Shown: piece by piece, positions 30,821 to 40,798 of the stretch
Layout of the letters: every line of letters starts with the position of its first letter
How positions within the stretch are numbered: position 1 is the stretch's first letter
Source: an uncultured bacterium
Lineage (GTDB): Bacteria; Hydrothermota; UBA3073; NMUJ01; CBEVQO01
Direction of reading: 5' to 3'
NCBI GenBank assembly: GCA_965552055.1
Contig: CBEVQO010000005.1
Coordinates: 13,373-77,372 of the forward strand
Length of the DNA: 64,000 bases
Made by a program: the position numbers and the translations under genes
Notes under the pieces: generated by a model
What the model saw: the letters and a program-made list of their open reading frames with translations, nothing else
Told to the model about the DNA's origin: nothing
Databases searched by the model: none

Positions 30821-32578
30821 TTTTTTGACTGCATATACTTTTACTGGTAGTTCTTTTCCTCTTATTTTCACATAACCCAAATCTTCTGCTTCTACAAATC
30901 CTCTAACTTCTTTATATGTCATTTCGCTTATTATTATTTCTTTTTTAAACTCTTTTGTTAGGGGTTCTAATCTTGCAGCCAGGTTTACATTATCGCCTAT
31001 GACTGTGTAATCGAGGCGTTTTTCCGAGCCAACAAATCCGCATACCATTTCGCCAGTATTTATTCCGACTCCTATTCTTATTCCGAGTCTCATTTCCTTT
31101 ACTGTTTCTACCATTTTGATAGCGGTTCTGACTGCTCTAAGTGCGTGGTCGTGATAGTAGATGGGTGCTCCAAATATTGCCATGATGCCATCACCAATAA
31201 ATTTATCAACGGTTCCTCCTTCGGAAAAGATGATATCTGTCATTTTAGAATGATAAATGTTTAACATTTTTAAAACTTCTTCGGGTGGCAATTTCTCCGA
31301 AAGCGAAGTAAATCCTCTGATATCTGCGAACATTACGGTTAATACTTTTCTTTCTGCTGTCTTTTCGTCTATTTCTCTTTTTTCTGTAAGAATTTGAATA
31401 ACAGGTTCGTCCACAAATCTTCTAAATAGCCCTCTTATTTTATTTTTTTCTCTTTGTTCCGTTAAAAACTTTTGCAAAGCAGTGATTGCAAATCCAAAAA
31501 ATATGCAGTAAGTTGGTCTTACTACTTCAATCCATAAATTATATTTTGCGAAGAATAAATATGATATGTAAAAAAATAAGAATCCGAATAATAGGGCAAA
31601 AATTCCCCCTCCCAATGGCGGTAGGTTCATTACACAGAAAATAGTTATAAATCCACATAATAAGGATAGTAAAAAGATAAAAGGATTCGAGATTTTTTTG
31701 ATCATCGAATTTTTAAGTAGAGAATAAAGTGCAGAGGCATGTATTTTGACACCGGGATATCTTCCACCTGAGGCAACCGGTTTTATGTCGAACAGTCCTT
31801 TGGCACTACCCCCTATAAAAATGATTTTATCTTTAAAAAATTCTGCAGGTAATCTTCTTTTCAACACATCATAAAATGAGATATCACGGAACTTAAAGAA
31901 TTTTATAAAAATTGATTTCGATTTTAAAATCTTCAGTGAATCTTTCATTAAATCAATGGCTACTCTTGCTGCTAAAGTTAAATAAGTTGAATCTCTGGTA
32001 GAAAAAATTAAAGGATATCTCCTTACTATTCCATCAGCTTCTGGCATTATTAAACCGACTCCTATTCCTTTTGCATTTTCTCGTAACATAGATATGGGTA
32101 ATTTAACGGCATTTGGCAAAGGTAAGGCTGCCAAGTAAACTTTTCCACTTCTTTTGATAGCGTCTGCAAGAACTTTATCGAAACTAATTTTTCTAAGGAT
32201 TTGAGAAATTCGCAGTGAATCTGTAAAGTCCGTGTTAGTTAGAAATTCATGAATTATAATTTCCGGAAAGCTATCGGGTTCGGTAAAGAAAACATCGAAA
32301 ACTATAGCTTTTGCTTTGCCCTGAGATAAGAAATCAATTACTTTTGCGTAAAAAGACCTTGGCCAGTGTCTGAAATTGCCGAGTTTTTCTATGCTTTTTT
32401 CATCAACATCAACGATTACAATTTCTTCTATTTGCTTTTTAGGAGCGTTCAAATAGTGGAAGAGGTCAAATATCCTTAATTCAAATTCTTGATATGAAGA
32501 ACGCCAAAATGTTACAAAAGATAAAATTAAAATTATCGCTATTGAAGGTGTTAAAATATCTTTCTTCAAATAGCCCAT
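30812..32578 (-). CDS. CHASE2-domain sensor adenylate/guanylate cyclase (class III)
   Basis: N-terminal CHASE2-like extracytoplasmic domain, four TM helices, C-terminal cyclase domain (VLTVMFADIRGFTSLSEKL, KFIGDGIMAIFGAP, IGVGINTGEMVCGFVGS, GDNVNLAARLE). Confidence 0.75.
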   Translation of the reverse strand: MGYLKKDILTPSIAIILILSFVTFWRSSYQEFELRIFDLFHYLNAPKKQIEEIVIVDVDEKSIEKLGNFRHWPRSFYAKVIDFLSQGKAKAIVFDVFFTEPDSFPEIIIHEFLTNTDFTDSLRISQILRKISFDKVLADAIKRSGKVYLAALPLPNAVKLPISMLRENAKGIGVGLIMPEADGIVRRYPLIFSTRDSTYLTLAARVAIDLMKDSLKILKSKSIFIKFFKFRDISFYDVLKRRLPAEFFKDKIIFIGGSAKGLFDIKPVASGGRYPGVKIHASALYSLLKNSMIKKISNPFIFLLSLLCGFITIFCVMNLPPLGGGIFALLFGFLFFYISYLFFAKYNLWIEVVRPTYCIFFGFAITALQKFLTEQREKNKIRGLFRRFVDEPVIQILTEKREIDEKTAERKVLTVMFADIRGFTSLSEKLPPEEVLKMLNIYHSKMTDIIFSEGGTVDKFIGDGIMAIFGAPIYYHDHALRAVRTAIKMVETVKEMRLGIRIGVGINTGEMVCGFVGSEKRLDYTVIGDNVNLAARLEPLTKEFKKEIIISEMTYKEVRGFVEAEDLGYVKIRGKELPVKVYAVKKLL

Positions 32579-33645
32579 ATTTTTAGTGATATGGCAAGAA
32601 AGATAAAAATAAATCCAAGTGCTAATTTTATCCAGAAATTATTTTTTCTCAGGAATTTTGAAATTTTTTCAATAGAATAAATTTTTGTAAGGCATGCTAT
32701 TGCTATTAAAGGTGTTATGAAACACACATTATAAAGGACAAGGTAAGAGTATGCTTTGAACTTCAGGGAGGGTACTGCTGTCATATAAATTATAGTCGGC
32801 AAGTAAATTTGTCCTGTGCAACCAAATTCCAATCCTCCTATTAATATTCCTGTGATAAATCCAAGAGAAATATTACTTATTTTGCTTTTTATAAGCATAT
32901 GCATTATTCTGTGTAATTTTCCCGGTAATTTTAAAATTTGCTGACTTATGTTTTTGCGTGAGATATAAGCATCATAAAAACTAAAACCAGCAAAAATTAT
33001 TAAAATTATAATTGTGATAGGATAAATGTATTTTTTGATAATCTGGTAATTAAGAAGTAAAACTGTTTCGAAAAATCCTATGCCTATTAAGAAATAAATT
33101 GTGAAAATTCCGATAATGAAAGAAAGAGCAATAAAAATTATTTTCTTTTCTTCGGTCTGTCTATAGGTTAAAAATGATAATAGAAAGATGAGAGTAGCGA
33201 ATGCACAGGGGTTAATTCCGTCGATAAGTCCTGCTGAGATTATGTTTATGATTTTTATTTTTTCGAAGACAGCTCTAATTTTCAATCGTGCGGTGTCAAG
33301 AAAAGGTGCTGCCTGTTTCCATGGAGGTTCTACTTTCCTATCGGCATATTTTTCGATATAATGTTTTATCCATTTTTCTGATATCTGGAAATAAGGTATA
33401 TAATTGTATCCCACAAAAATAATTGGCACGACACACATTCTTGGATGCACTTTATATTTTTCGCAAAGAGCATACAACATTTCAATTCCTTCTCTTTCTT
33501 TTACATTGTATCTTCTTACTCTGATAAAGGGATATTTTTTCTCAAATTTTTTAAGCATTTTATCAACTTCTGAACAATGTTTGCATCCTGGTTTGTAAAA
33601 AAATGCAAAATAGATAACGGATAGTAATAAGAGCAGCTGCATCAT
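32566..33645 (-). CDS. Thiol:disulfide interchange protein (thioredoxin-like CxxC domain fused to CcdA/DsbD-like membrane domain)
   Basis: N-terminal YKPGCKHCSEV (CxxC), then polytopic domain with GLIDGINPCAF and LEFGCTGQ Cys-containing helices. Confidence 0.6.
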   Translation of the reverse strand: MMQLLLLLSVIYFAFFYKPGCKHCSEVDKMLKKFEKKYPFIRVRRYNVKEREGIEMLYALCEKYKVHPRMCVVPIIFVGYNYIPYFQISEKWIKHYIEKYADRKVEPPWKQAAPFLDTARLKIRAVFEKIKIINIISAGLIDGINPCAFATLIFLLSFLTYRQTEEKKIIFIALSFIIGIFTIYFLIGIGFFETVLLLNYQIIKKYIYPITIIILIIFAGFSFYDAYISRKNISQQILKLPGKLHRIMHMLIKSKISNISLGFITGILIGGLEFGCTGQIYLPTIIYMTAVPSLKFKAYSYLVLYNVCFITPLIAIACLTKIYSIEKISKFLRKNNFWIKLALGFIFIFLAISLKIWAI

Positions 33646-33719
33646 ATAATTTTAATTGGGATATGTAAAAGTCAATAAATAATAAATGTTGACATACTTT
33701 TTATTTCATTAAAATATGG

Positions 33720-34832
33720 GTGTTTGTTTTACTGCGATTATATTTTCTGGCGTTTTGTGGTAATACTATTTTCTGGATTTTGCGACCACTTCTTACGGTA
33801 TATGTGAGGGACCTTGGTTTTTCTGCTTTACTTGTTGGTGCTTTATCTTCTGCTTTTATGTCTGGCAGGGGTTTATTTTCTGTGCTTATCGGCATTTTAT
33901 CTGACAGGCTCAAGAATCGCAAGTTATTTGTTATTGCTGGTTTCTTCATTTTTTCTCTTGCTTCTTATCTTATTTCGGTTTCTAAAAAGAGCTATGAGTT
34001 TTTATTGTCTTCTTTTCTACTGGGTGTTGCGTCTGGCAGTGTATGGCCTGTGGTTCAGACGATGGTTGTTGAGAGTGTCGATAGCGTCAAAGCTGGCAGG
34101 TCTTTAAGTATTTATTTTAATTGCGGAGCAATGGGAAGAATTCTGGGTAATTTTCTTCTCGCACAGCTGAGTGCACTTTTCTCCAGCAATCGCATTTTCT
34201 TCTTTTGTGCATTATTCTATGTTTTGCCATTTTGTATTTCCTGTTTTATAAGTGATACTTATAAAGAGAAGGTGAAGCCGGAATCTTCTTTTGCTTCCGG
34301 TAGTTTTTTATGGTTTTTCATTATAATATTCCTTGTGGGATGGATAATGGGGAGGGCTATGATAATTCTTTATTTAAAAGAAAGATTTTTGATGAGCACA
34401 TCGGATATTGCTTATGTTCTGATGATTTTATCTGTTGTTACAATTCCTTTGAGTTATATTATTTCATGGGTTTTTGACAGGAATATGAGAGCGGGCTTTT
34501 TACTGCTGTCATCTTTGCTTTTCCTTGGTGTGTTTTTACCTTTAGCCGGGACTAAATATTTATTCGTAATTTTACTTTCTTTGTGGTTCTCCGGGACATC
34601 TTCTTTCTTTTCTATTTCCCGTGCTTATATTTCTCGTATGTCAAAGAATGTTGGTAGTGCGATAGGTGTATTGAATACGGTTTCGAATGCAGGTACTGCG
34701 ATAGGTCCGCTTTTCCTTGGTTATATTTATGATTTGTTCCCAAAAGGTTCTCCACTTACCATGATAGGTTATTCTATTTTATCGTTCGTTGTATGTGCAG
34801 GAATATGGTTGACAATTTTAAAAAAGAGATAA
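33720..34832 (+). CDS. MFS transporter
   Basis: About 12 TM helices; MFS loop motif GILSDRLKNRKL between TM2 and TM3. Confidence 0.7.
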   Translation: MFVLLRLYFLAFCGNTIFWILRPLLTVYVRDLGFSALLVGALSSAFMSGRGLFSVLIGILSDRLKNRKLFVIAGFFIFSLASYLISVSKKSYEFLLSSFLLGVASGSVWPVVQTMVVESVDSVKAGRSLSIYFNCGAMGRILGNFLLAQLSALFSSNRIFFFCALFYVLPFCISCFISDTYKEKVKPESSFASGSFLWFFIIIFLVGWIMGRAMIILYLKERFLMSTSDIAYVLMILSVVTIPLSYIISWVFDRNMRAGFLLLSSLLFLGVFLPLAGTKYLFVILLSLWFSGTSSFFSISRAYISRMSKNVGSAIGVLNTVSNAGTAIGPLFLGYIYDLFPKGSPLTMIGYSILSFVVCAGIWLTILKKR

Positions 34833-34840
34833 ATTAACAG

Positions 34841-35860
34841 ATGAAAGTAGGGGTACTTGCAGGTGGTAACAGTCCTGAATACGATATTTCTTTGATGTCA
34901 GCAAGGGAAGTTGTTTCACATGCTCCTTCTGGGTATCTTATAAAGCCAATAATTTTGACAAAAGAAGGTAAATGGAAGATACCTGTTAATTTTACCAGAG
35001 AATTTGAAGAAGTACTTAATTTGAAGGAAGTTTCCACAGATGAAGCAATACCATTACTTAAAGAGCTTTCTGTTATTTTCATTGCGATGCACGGCCCCCA
35101 GGGAGAAGATGGCAAGATACAGGGTTTTTTTGAAATACTGGGAATTCCCTATACGGGTCCGGATGTGCTCGGTGCATCAATTACCATGAGTAAATCAAAG
35201 ACACACGAAATATTAAAATTACACGGAATAAAAACTCCTGAATTCATGGTGATTAAAAAATGGGATTATAACAGGGATAAAAATATTTTTTTGAAATTGA
35301 TAGAGGAGAAAATGGGTTTTCCCTGCGTAATAAAGCCAGATAATCAGGGTTCGAGTATAGGCACATCGATACCTGAATCTGCGAATGAGCTGAAAGAAGC
35401 TCTTTCTGATTGTTTTAAATACTCTGATATTTGTGTATGTGAGAAATATATTGGAGGCGAAGAATTTACCTGTTCTGTTTTACAGGCTAAAAAATCGGAT
35501 AAACCTGTGGCACTTGCTGTTACCAAAATCGTTCCGAAAAGGGGCAAATTTTTTGAATTTTCTGTTAAATATGAAGAAGGAGCGACAGAAGAGTTGACAC
35601 CAGCACCGATAAGTAAGGATTTAGAGGATAAGATAAAGGAAATTAGTATAAAGGCACATGAGGTATTGCGGGCAGGACAGATGTCACGCACAGATATTAA
35701 AATTTTTAGAGAAGAAATATATGTGCTGGAGACAAATTCGATACCAGGTTTAACAAGGTATAGTATTTATCCTAAAGCCGCTGAATATTATGGTATAAGT
35801 TTTGAGAAATTGATAAAGATTTTAGTTGAAGGAGCTTTGGAAAATTTTCAAAATTTTTAA
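34841..35860 (+). CDS. ddl: D-alanine--D-alanine ligase
   Basis: N-terminal GGNSPEYDISLMSA, HGPQGEDGKIQGFFEILGIPYTG, and an ATP-grasp C-terminal half. Confidence 0.85.
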   Translation: MKVGVLAGGNSPEYDISLMSAREVVSHAPSGYLIKPIILTKEGKWKIPVNFTREFEEVLNLKEVSTDEAIPLLKELSVIFIAMHGPQGEDGKIQGFFEILGIPYTGPDVLGASITMSKSKTHEILKLHGIKTPEFMVIKKWDYNRDKNIFLKLIEEKMGFPCVIKPDNQGSSIGTSIPESANELKEALSDCFKYSDICVCEKYIGGEEFTCSVLQAKKSDKPVALAVTKIVPKRGKFFEFSVKYEEGATEELTPAPISKDLEDKIKEISIKAHEVLRAGQMSRTDIKIFREEIYVLETNSIPGLTRYSIYPKAAEYYGISFEKLIKILVEGALENFQNF

Positions 35861-35863
35861 CAT

Positions 35864-37081
35864 TTAGAGATTTAAGAATTCTCTAATAGCACTACAAATT
35901 CTTCGTGCTCCTTCTTTAGTTCTCTCTTCAGGATAATAAGGAAAGTTAATTCTCAAAGCTTTTTGTATTTCTATATCGCAATCCGGTGGATAAAAGTCAT
36001 AACTTGGTATGAAAGCAACTCCTTTTTTAATTGCGAATTCCAAAAACTTATCAAGGTCGATATCTTGAGGCAAAGTAAGCCAGATGTAGGTGCCTCCTTC
36101 AGGTTCATTATAGGTTATCTCAGGGTGTTTTGGAAGTTCTTTTTTCAAAACTTCAAGCATCGCAAGTAATCTTGGATAATGAACATTTTTTATTCTTTTT
36201 ATTTGTTCATCCCACAATCCTCTTTCTATAAATTCTTTTATTATGTATTGATTTAATCTGGGAGTATTATAATCGCAGAGCTGTTTTATTGGTTTCATTT
36301 TCTTTATAAAATCTTTTTGTGCGAGCACATATCCTACTCTGAGACCTGTTGAAAGAACTTTTGAAAAGCTATTGCAATGTATAACGATATCTTTTGCGAG
36401 TTCAAATAGCGAAGGGATGCTTTTGCCTTTATATCTCATATATCTGTAAGGTGTGTCTTCGAATACTGGTAATTCATATTTTTTAGCGATTTCAATTATT
36501 TCTTTTCTCCTTTGAAGGGGCAAAGTTCTGCCTGTGGGATTTTGAAAATCCGGAATCGTATATAAAAACTTTGGTTTAATTCCTTTCTTTTTCAGTTCGA
36601 ATAATCTTTTTTCTAAGTCTTCGGGTATCAATCCGTTTTCGTCCATTTTTACGCTTACGATGTTTGCCTGGAACATCCTGAAATTTTGCAGATGAAGTGA
36701 ATAAAATGGAGTTTCAGCGAGTATGTAATCACCGGGATTCAAAAGAGTTTGGCAGGTAAGAAATCCACCCTGAAGAGCGCCAGTCAAAATTATCACTTCG
36801 TCTTCCTCTACCTCTATAGTGTCGTATTTTTTAAGAAAATCTACTATTGTTGGGATTATATCACCGCATGTAGCACCATATTGAAGCACTTTTGTGCCAT
36901 ATTTTGAGAGGACATCTTCTGTAATTTCTTTTATCTTTTCTGTTGGTATTATTTCAGGTGCAGGTTCTCCGACTGTGAATGCAATGAGGTCTTTGACTTC
37001 CTTTGCAAGTTCAGTGAGCTTTACGATTGAAGTGAGGGTAGATGTTTCAGCAAATTTCGAATATCTAAAAACTTCTTTCAT
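35864..37081 (-). CDS. PLP-dependent aminotransferase (class I/II fold)
   Basis: Candidate PLP-lysine motif NSFSKVLSTGLRVGY; overall aminotransferase layout; 405 aa. Confidence 0.7.
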   Translation of the reverse strand: MKEVFRYSKFAETSTLTSIVKLTELAKEVKDLIAFTVGEPAPEIIPTEKIKEITEDVLSKYGTKVLQYGATCGDIIPTIVDFLKKYDTIEVEEDEVIILTGALQGGFLTCQTLLNPGDYILAETPFYSLHLQNFRMFQANIVSVKMDENGLIPEDLEKRLFELKKKGIKPKFLYTIPDFQNPTGRTLPLQRRKEIIEIAKKYELPVFEDTPYRYMRYKGKSIPSLFELAKDIVIHCNSFSKVLSTGLRVGYVLAQKDFIKKMKPIKQLCDYNTPRLNQYIIKEFIERGLWDEQIKRIKNVHYPRLLAMLEVLKKELPKHPEITYNEPEGGTYIWLTLPQDIDLDKFLEFAIKKGVAFIPSYDFYPPDCDIEIQKALRINFPYYPEERTKEGARRICSAIREFLNL

Positions 37082-38007
37082 ACTTCAGGAATAGCCAAAT
37101 CTTGTGGTGTTTTTTCAGAGCATTTTATATCTGGATTCTGTTTCTGTATCAATTCTATAATTATTTCTGCGTATTTTACTTTTTCTCGAGCAAACCATGC
37201 TAAAAATTCTGGCGATACCCAGGGTTTATAAAGTGCACTTACGCTTACACCGGGTTCTATTTTGAAATAACAGGGCGAAGCAATTCTGGCTATTTCTGCA
37301 CATTCATAAAAACGATTAAATCCTCCCCATTGATCAAAAAGATAAACATGGATATCCATTGGGATGTCGATTACCTTTCTTATAGCTGCGAGTGTTGGCA
37401 AACTAATATCGCCGATTGGATTGAAAGTATTTGCTCCCAGGTCCTGTAAGACCTTCGCAGAAAAAGGTGTGCCATGACCCGTATAAATCGAAACTTTGAA
37501 AACAGTATTTTTGGGAATAATTCCTTCTTCCCTGAGTTTGTTCATAAGCCATAGGACGCCTTCATCCCACACCAGAAAGCCTCTAAATCCAGCATCACAA
37601 CATCTGAGCACATCTTCGACATAATATTTGACCCAGCGAGTACTGCGAAAGCGCGGACCACAGACCATTCCCTCTGGAGTAACAATTTGACGCCCTGTAT
37701 CCCAGAAGGCACGGGGTCCAGGGGTTAATATCGCTTCAACACCGTAATCTTTGCATAATTTTGCAAACCTTTTGAGTTCTTCTTTCGATAAAAGAGTAGC
37801 TCCCATTACAGTTGATATCAAACGATGCACAGGTACTCCTCTTTTATCAGCTTCGTCGAGCACGGCTTCGCAAACTTCCGGTCTTTCGATACCCGAGATT
37901 TCTATCCTGTAATGTGCACCATCCGGAAAGCGCTTATCAGAGGAAGGTAGTCCCCATTCATCGTCTTCAGGCATACCAATTTTTTTAAAAAAATCAGACA
38001 AATTCAT
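37078..38007 (-). CDS. Hypothetical protein (possible TIM-barrel-like enzyme) co-transcribed with the aminotransferase
   Basis: 309-aa ORF with alternating hydrophobic-strand/helix pattern, 4-nt overlap with the aminotransferase gene. No family recognised by eye. Confidence 0.3.
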   Translation of the reverse strand: MNLSDFFKKIGMPEDDEWGLPSSDKRFPDGAHYRIEISGIERPEVCEAVLDEADKRGVPVHRLISTVMGATLLSKEELKRFAKLCKDYGVEAILTPGPRAFWDTGRQIVTPEGMVCGPRFRSTRWVKYYVEDVLRCCDAGFRGFLVWDEGVLWLMNKLREEGIIPKNTVFKVSIYTGHGTPFSAKVLQDLGANTFNPIGDISLPTLAAIRKVIDIPMDIHVYLFDQWGGFNRFYECAEIARIASPCYFKIEPGVSVSALYKPWVSPEFLAWFAREKVKYAEIIIELIQKQNPDIKCSEKTPQDLAIPEV

Positions 38008-38086
38008 AACCCCTCCTTACAAATTATAGAGGAAATATGGATTAGTCAACATTTTTCTTGACAAGGGAAAATATAATTTAAAATTT

Positions 38087-40768
38087 ATGATGGTGATTTT
38101 AATTTTCATACTGGGAACATTAATTGACTCTGCAGGTGGCAAATGTATAATTTCGCCGAAAGAGGATTTTGTAATTAAGGTGACACCCTTTTTATGGATA
38201 AAAATAGAAGATTTACCCGAAATTGTAAAGGAAGCCATAGATTCTGCTCCTTCCTGGCTTCGAGGTCGCTTAACTTTGAATTTTATGAAAATGTACGGTC
38301 AATGTCAAGAAGTTTATGCTGGACTTATTCTTTCTGTTGATAAAAGTTATCGTGATGAAATTGCTTTTCAGATAGCAACGCTTGACCCCCTTATCCTTTA
38401 TCATTATGTAGGTGACCCTTCGCTCTTTGTAGAAAATGTGAAGTTGATTTATAAAAGCGATAGTTTACTCGATTATGTTGAGCTTGTGGAGTATCCAGAA
38501 TATACAACCTGCAGATATAGAATATCTGACCATGGGAAAGATACTTTTGAGATTGAGATTCCGAAAGAGATTTATTACTGGGATATTGTTCATCCTGTAA
38601 TTGGCTGGGAGGCTCCTCTTTATATTGACCCGAAGGTACCTGACCCTTATCATACAGGTGCAGGGGAAGCGCCTCCGCCCCGTGGACATTTCTGGCGCGA
38701 ATATTATCTCTTTTATCCTGATACCGTTGAAAGTACAGTGATATCGGATAATGGTAAAGATACAGTTAAAGAAGGATATGTTTGCACTCCTTTAAAAGAC
38801 CTGTTAAAGGATGAAAAAATATTATGGGCGATGAAGAAAGATACAATAGAAGGTAACGGTGCAATAGGTAAACTTACTCAATGGGTTAAAGATGTTATGG
38901 TTTTTAACTCTGGTAGTGAGCGTCCCTGGCAGCCTGTTCGTGTTTATCACATGCATATGGGGAGGTGTGGTGAGCATGGGCATATTACTGGAGCAGCTGC
39001 AAGAGCAGCTCTTATACCTGCAACTTATATTTTGACACTTTGCAATGACCATGTATGGAATGAATTTTATGACGAAGAATGGCATACATGGGAGCCTGTA
39101 AACACTTATATAAATCATCCTGAAAGCTATGATAACTGGTGGAGCGGAAAGGCAGTGTTACCCTTTGCTTTCAGAGGCGACGGATGCATTATCGATGTTA
39201 CACAAAGATACACCCCGCATTGTACTCTTACCGTGTTTGTTGCAGATAGCGTGGGTAATCCGGTTGATGGTGCATGTGTAAAACTTTATGCAACACATAT
39301 TTATGGTGGGACTTATATATGCGGATGGCATTACACAAATACAGATGGATTGGCAAGATTTATAATCGGTGATAATGTAAGTTATTACATAAAAATAGAA
39401 TCAGACATTGGTAACTATCCTTCAAGTGGAAGTATGCAGATAATAACGATTTCGCAACCAGATACTCATTATTATTATGAGCATTATTTTGATGAATTTT
39501 TACCGCAATTAAATGCAGAAAGTACCCAAATAACAGAACCTGTAGAATATCGAGTTGAGATAACATTTAAACTTGAGGATGAATATACAGAAGCACAAAC
39601 TTTGTTTTCGAATGAACTGGGAGTTGCGCAAAAGTGGTTTAAAAAAGGGTTGCCAAAAATAAACTTTTTCATTTGTGATGAGGAGAATTATAAAAAATAT
39701 CTTGAAGGTGAAAATTTTGATGCTGTTTACATTGCAAAAAATGTAGATTCGGGATATGTGTCTTTTCAATTTCCAGTGCCTCATCTTACAAATTGGTACA
39801 TTGTTTTTATGAATAAAAATAAATGCAAGACTTATGAACTTCTTGAATTTGAAGTGAAGAGCTATCAATTAACTTCAGTAGCACATATTAAAGTTGAGAA
39901 AGCAGTTTATGATTTTGGGACAGTTATAGCAGGTAAATTTTCACAGGATACAATGTGGATTTATAACATTGGACTTGGTGACTTAAAAGTTGATAGTATA
40001 AAATTAATTTCAAATGTTTTTGATTTTGATGATAATTTGCCTTATATGCTTTCCTCGCATGATAGTGTGGGTGTTTTATTATATTTTGCTCCAGAAGATA
40101 CAGGTATTTTTTGTGATACTTTGTTTATTTATTCAGATGACATTGATGCCCAAGAGTTACCGGTAGTTTTGGTTGGTGAGAGTAGAGTGCCCGATATTGA
40201 GTTTGCAGATAGTGTGTGTGATTTTGGTACGGTATCCATAGGCCAAACTGTTTATAAAAGAGAAAAAGTGTGGAATTGCGGGAGTTATCCTTTAAAAATT
40301 GACAGTGTTATCTCGACGAGCAATTCATTTGGTGTTTACTCTCCTTCTTTTCCACAACAGTTAGAAGAGGGTGATACTCTCGAGATGATAATTTATTGTT
40401 CGCCACGGGATACGGGAATTCTTGAAGGCGAGTTTTTGTTCTATTCAAATGATCCCGATGAAAATCCAGCTGTGTTAAAATTAACGGCAAGGGGATATGG
40501 TCTTCAGGAAAAGTTAGGCAGTTTTTATGTGAAATACAATCCAAATCCCTGTAAGGATTTCTGTGTTATTACTTATTATTTGCCAAGAGAAGAAAAAGTT
40601 AGTTTAAAGATATATGATGTATGTGGCAGATGTGTTGAAAAAATTAATTCTTTTGAGAAAACAGGCATTCACAAAATTTTTATTAAAGATTTGCCATCGG
40701 GAGTGTATTTCTGCGAGTTTAAAGCAATGAAAAAATTGCATAGATTTAAGATAATCTTTATAAGATGA
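38087..40768 (+). CDS. Secreted transglutaminase-like domain protein with Ig-like domains and T9SS C-terminal sorting domain
   Basis: Transglutaminase-like core GRCGEHGHITGAAARAALIPATYILTLCNDHVWNEFYDEEWHTWEP (Cys/His). DUF1573-like Ig modules (YDFGTV...NIGLGDLKVDSI). C-terminal tail KIYDVCGRCV...GVYFCEF...FKIIFIR typical of T9SS sorting domains. Confidence 0.6.
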   Translation: MMVILIFILGTLIDSAGGKCIISPKEDFVIKVTPFLWIKIEDLPEIVKEAIDSAPSWLRGRLTLNFMKMYGQCQEVYAGLILSVDKSYRDEIAFQIATLDPLILYHYVGDPSLFVENVKLIYKSDSLLDYVELVEYPEYTTCRYRISDHGKDTFEIEIPKEIYYWDIVHPVIGWEAPLYIDPKVPDPYHTGAGEAPPPRGHFWREYYLFYPDTVESTVISDNGKDTVKEGYVCTPLKDLLKDEKILWAMKKDTIEGNGAIGKLTQWVKDVMVFNSGSERPWQPVRVYHMHMGRCGEHGHITGAAARAALIPATYILTLCNDHVWNEFYDEEWHTWEPVNTYINHPESYDNWWSGKAVLPFAFRGDGCIIDVTQRYTPHCTLTVFVADSVGNPVDGACVKLYATHIYGGTYICGWHYTNTDGLARFIIGDNVSYYIKIESDIGNYPSSGSMQIITISQPDTHYYYEHYFDEFLPQLNAESTQITEPVEYRVEITFKLEDEYTEAQTLFSNELGVAQKWFKKGLPKINFFICDEENYKKYLEGENFDAVYIAKNVDSGYVSFQFPVPHLTNWYIVFMNKNKCKTYELLEFEVKSYQLTSVAHIKVEKAVYDFGTVIAGKFSQDTMWIYNIGLGDLKVDSIKLISNVFDFDDNLPYMLSSHDSVGVLLYFAPEDTGIFCDTLFIYSDDIDAQELPVVLVGESRVPDIEFADSVCDFGTVSIGQTVYKREKVWNCGSYPLKIDSVISTSNSFGVYSPSFPQQLEEGDTLEMIIYCSPRDTGILEGEFLFYSNDPDENPAVLKLTARGYGLQEKLGSFYVKYNPNPCKDFCVITYYLPREEKVSLKIYDVCGRCVEKINSFEKTGIHKIFIKDLPSGVYFCEFKAMKKLHRFKIIFIR

Positions 40769-40798
40769 GATTTAATTCAGAAAGAGAAAGGGAGTGTT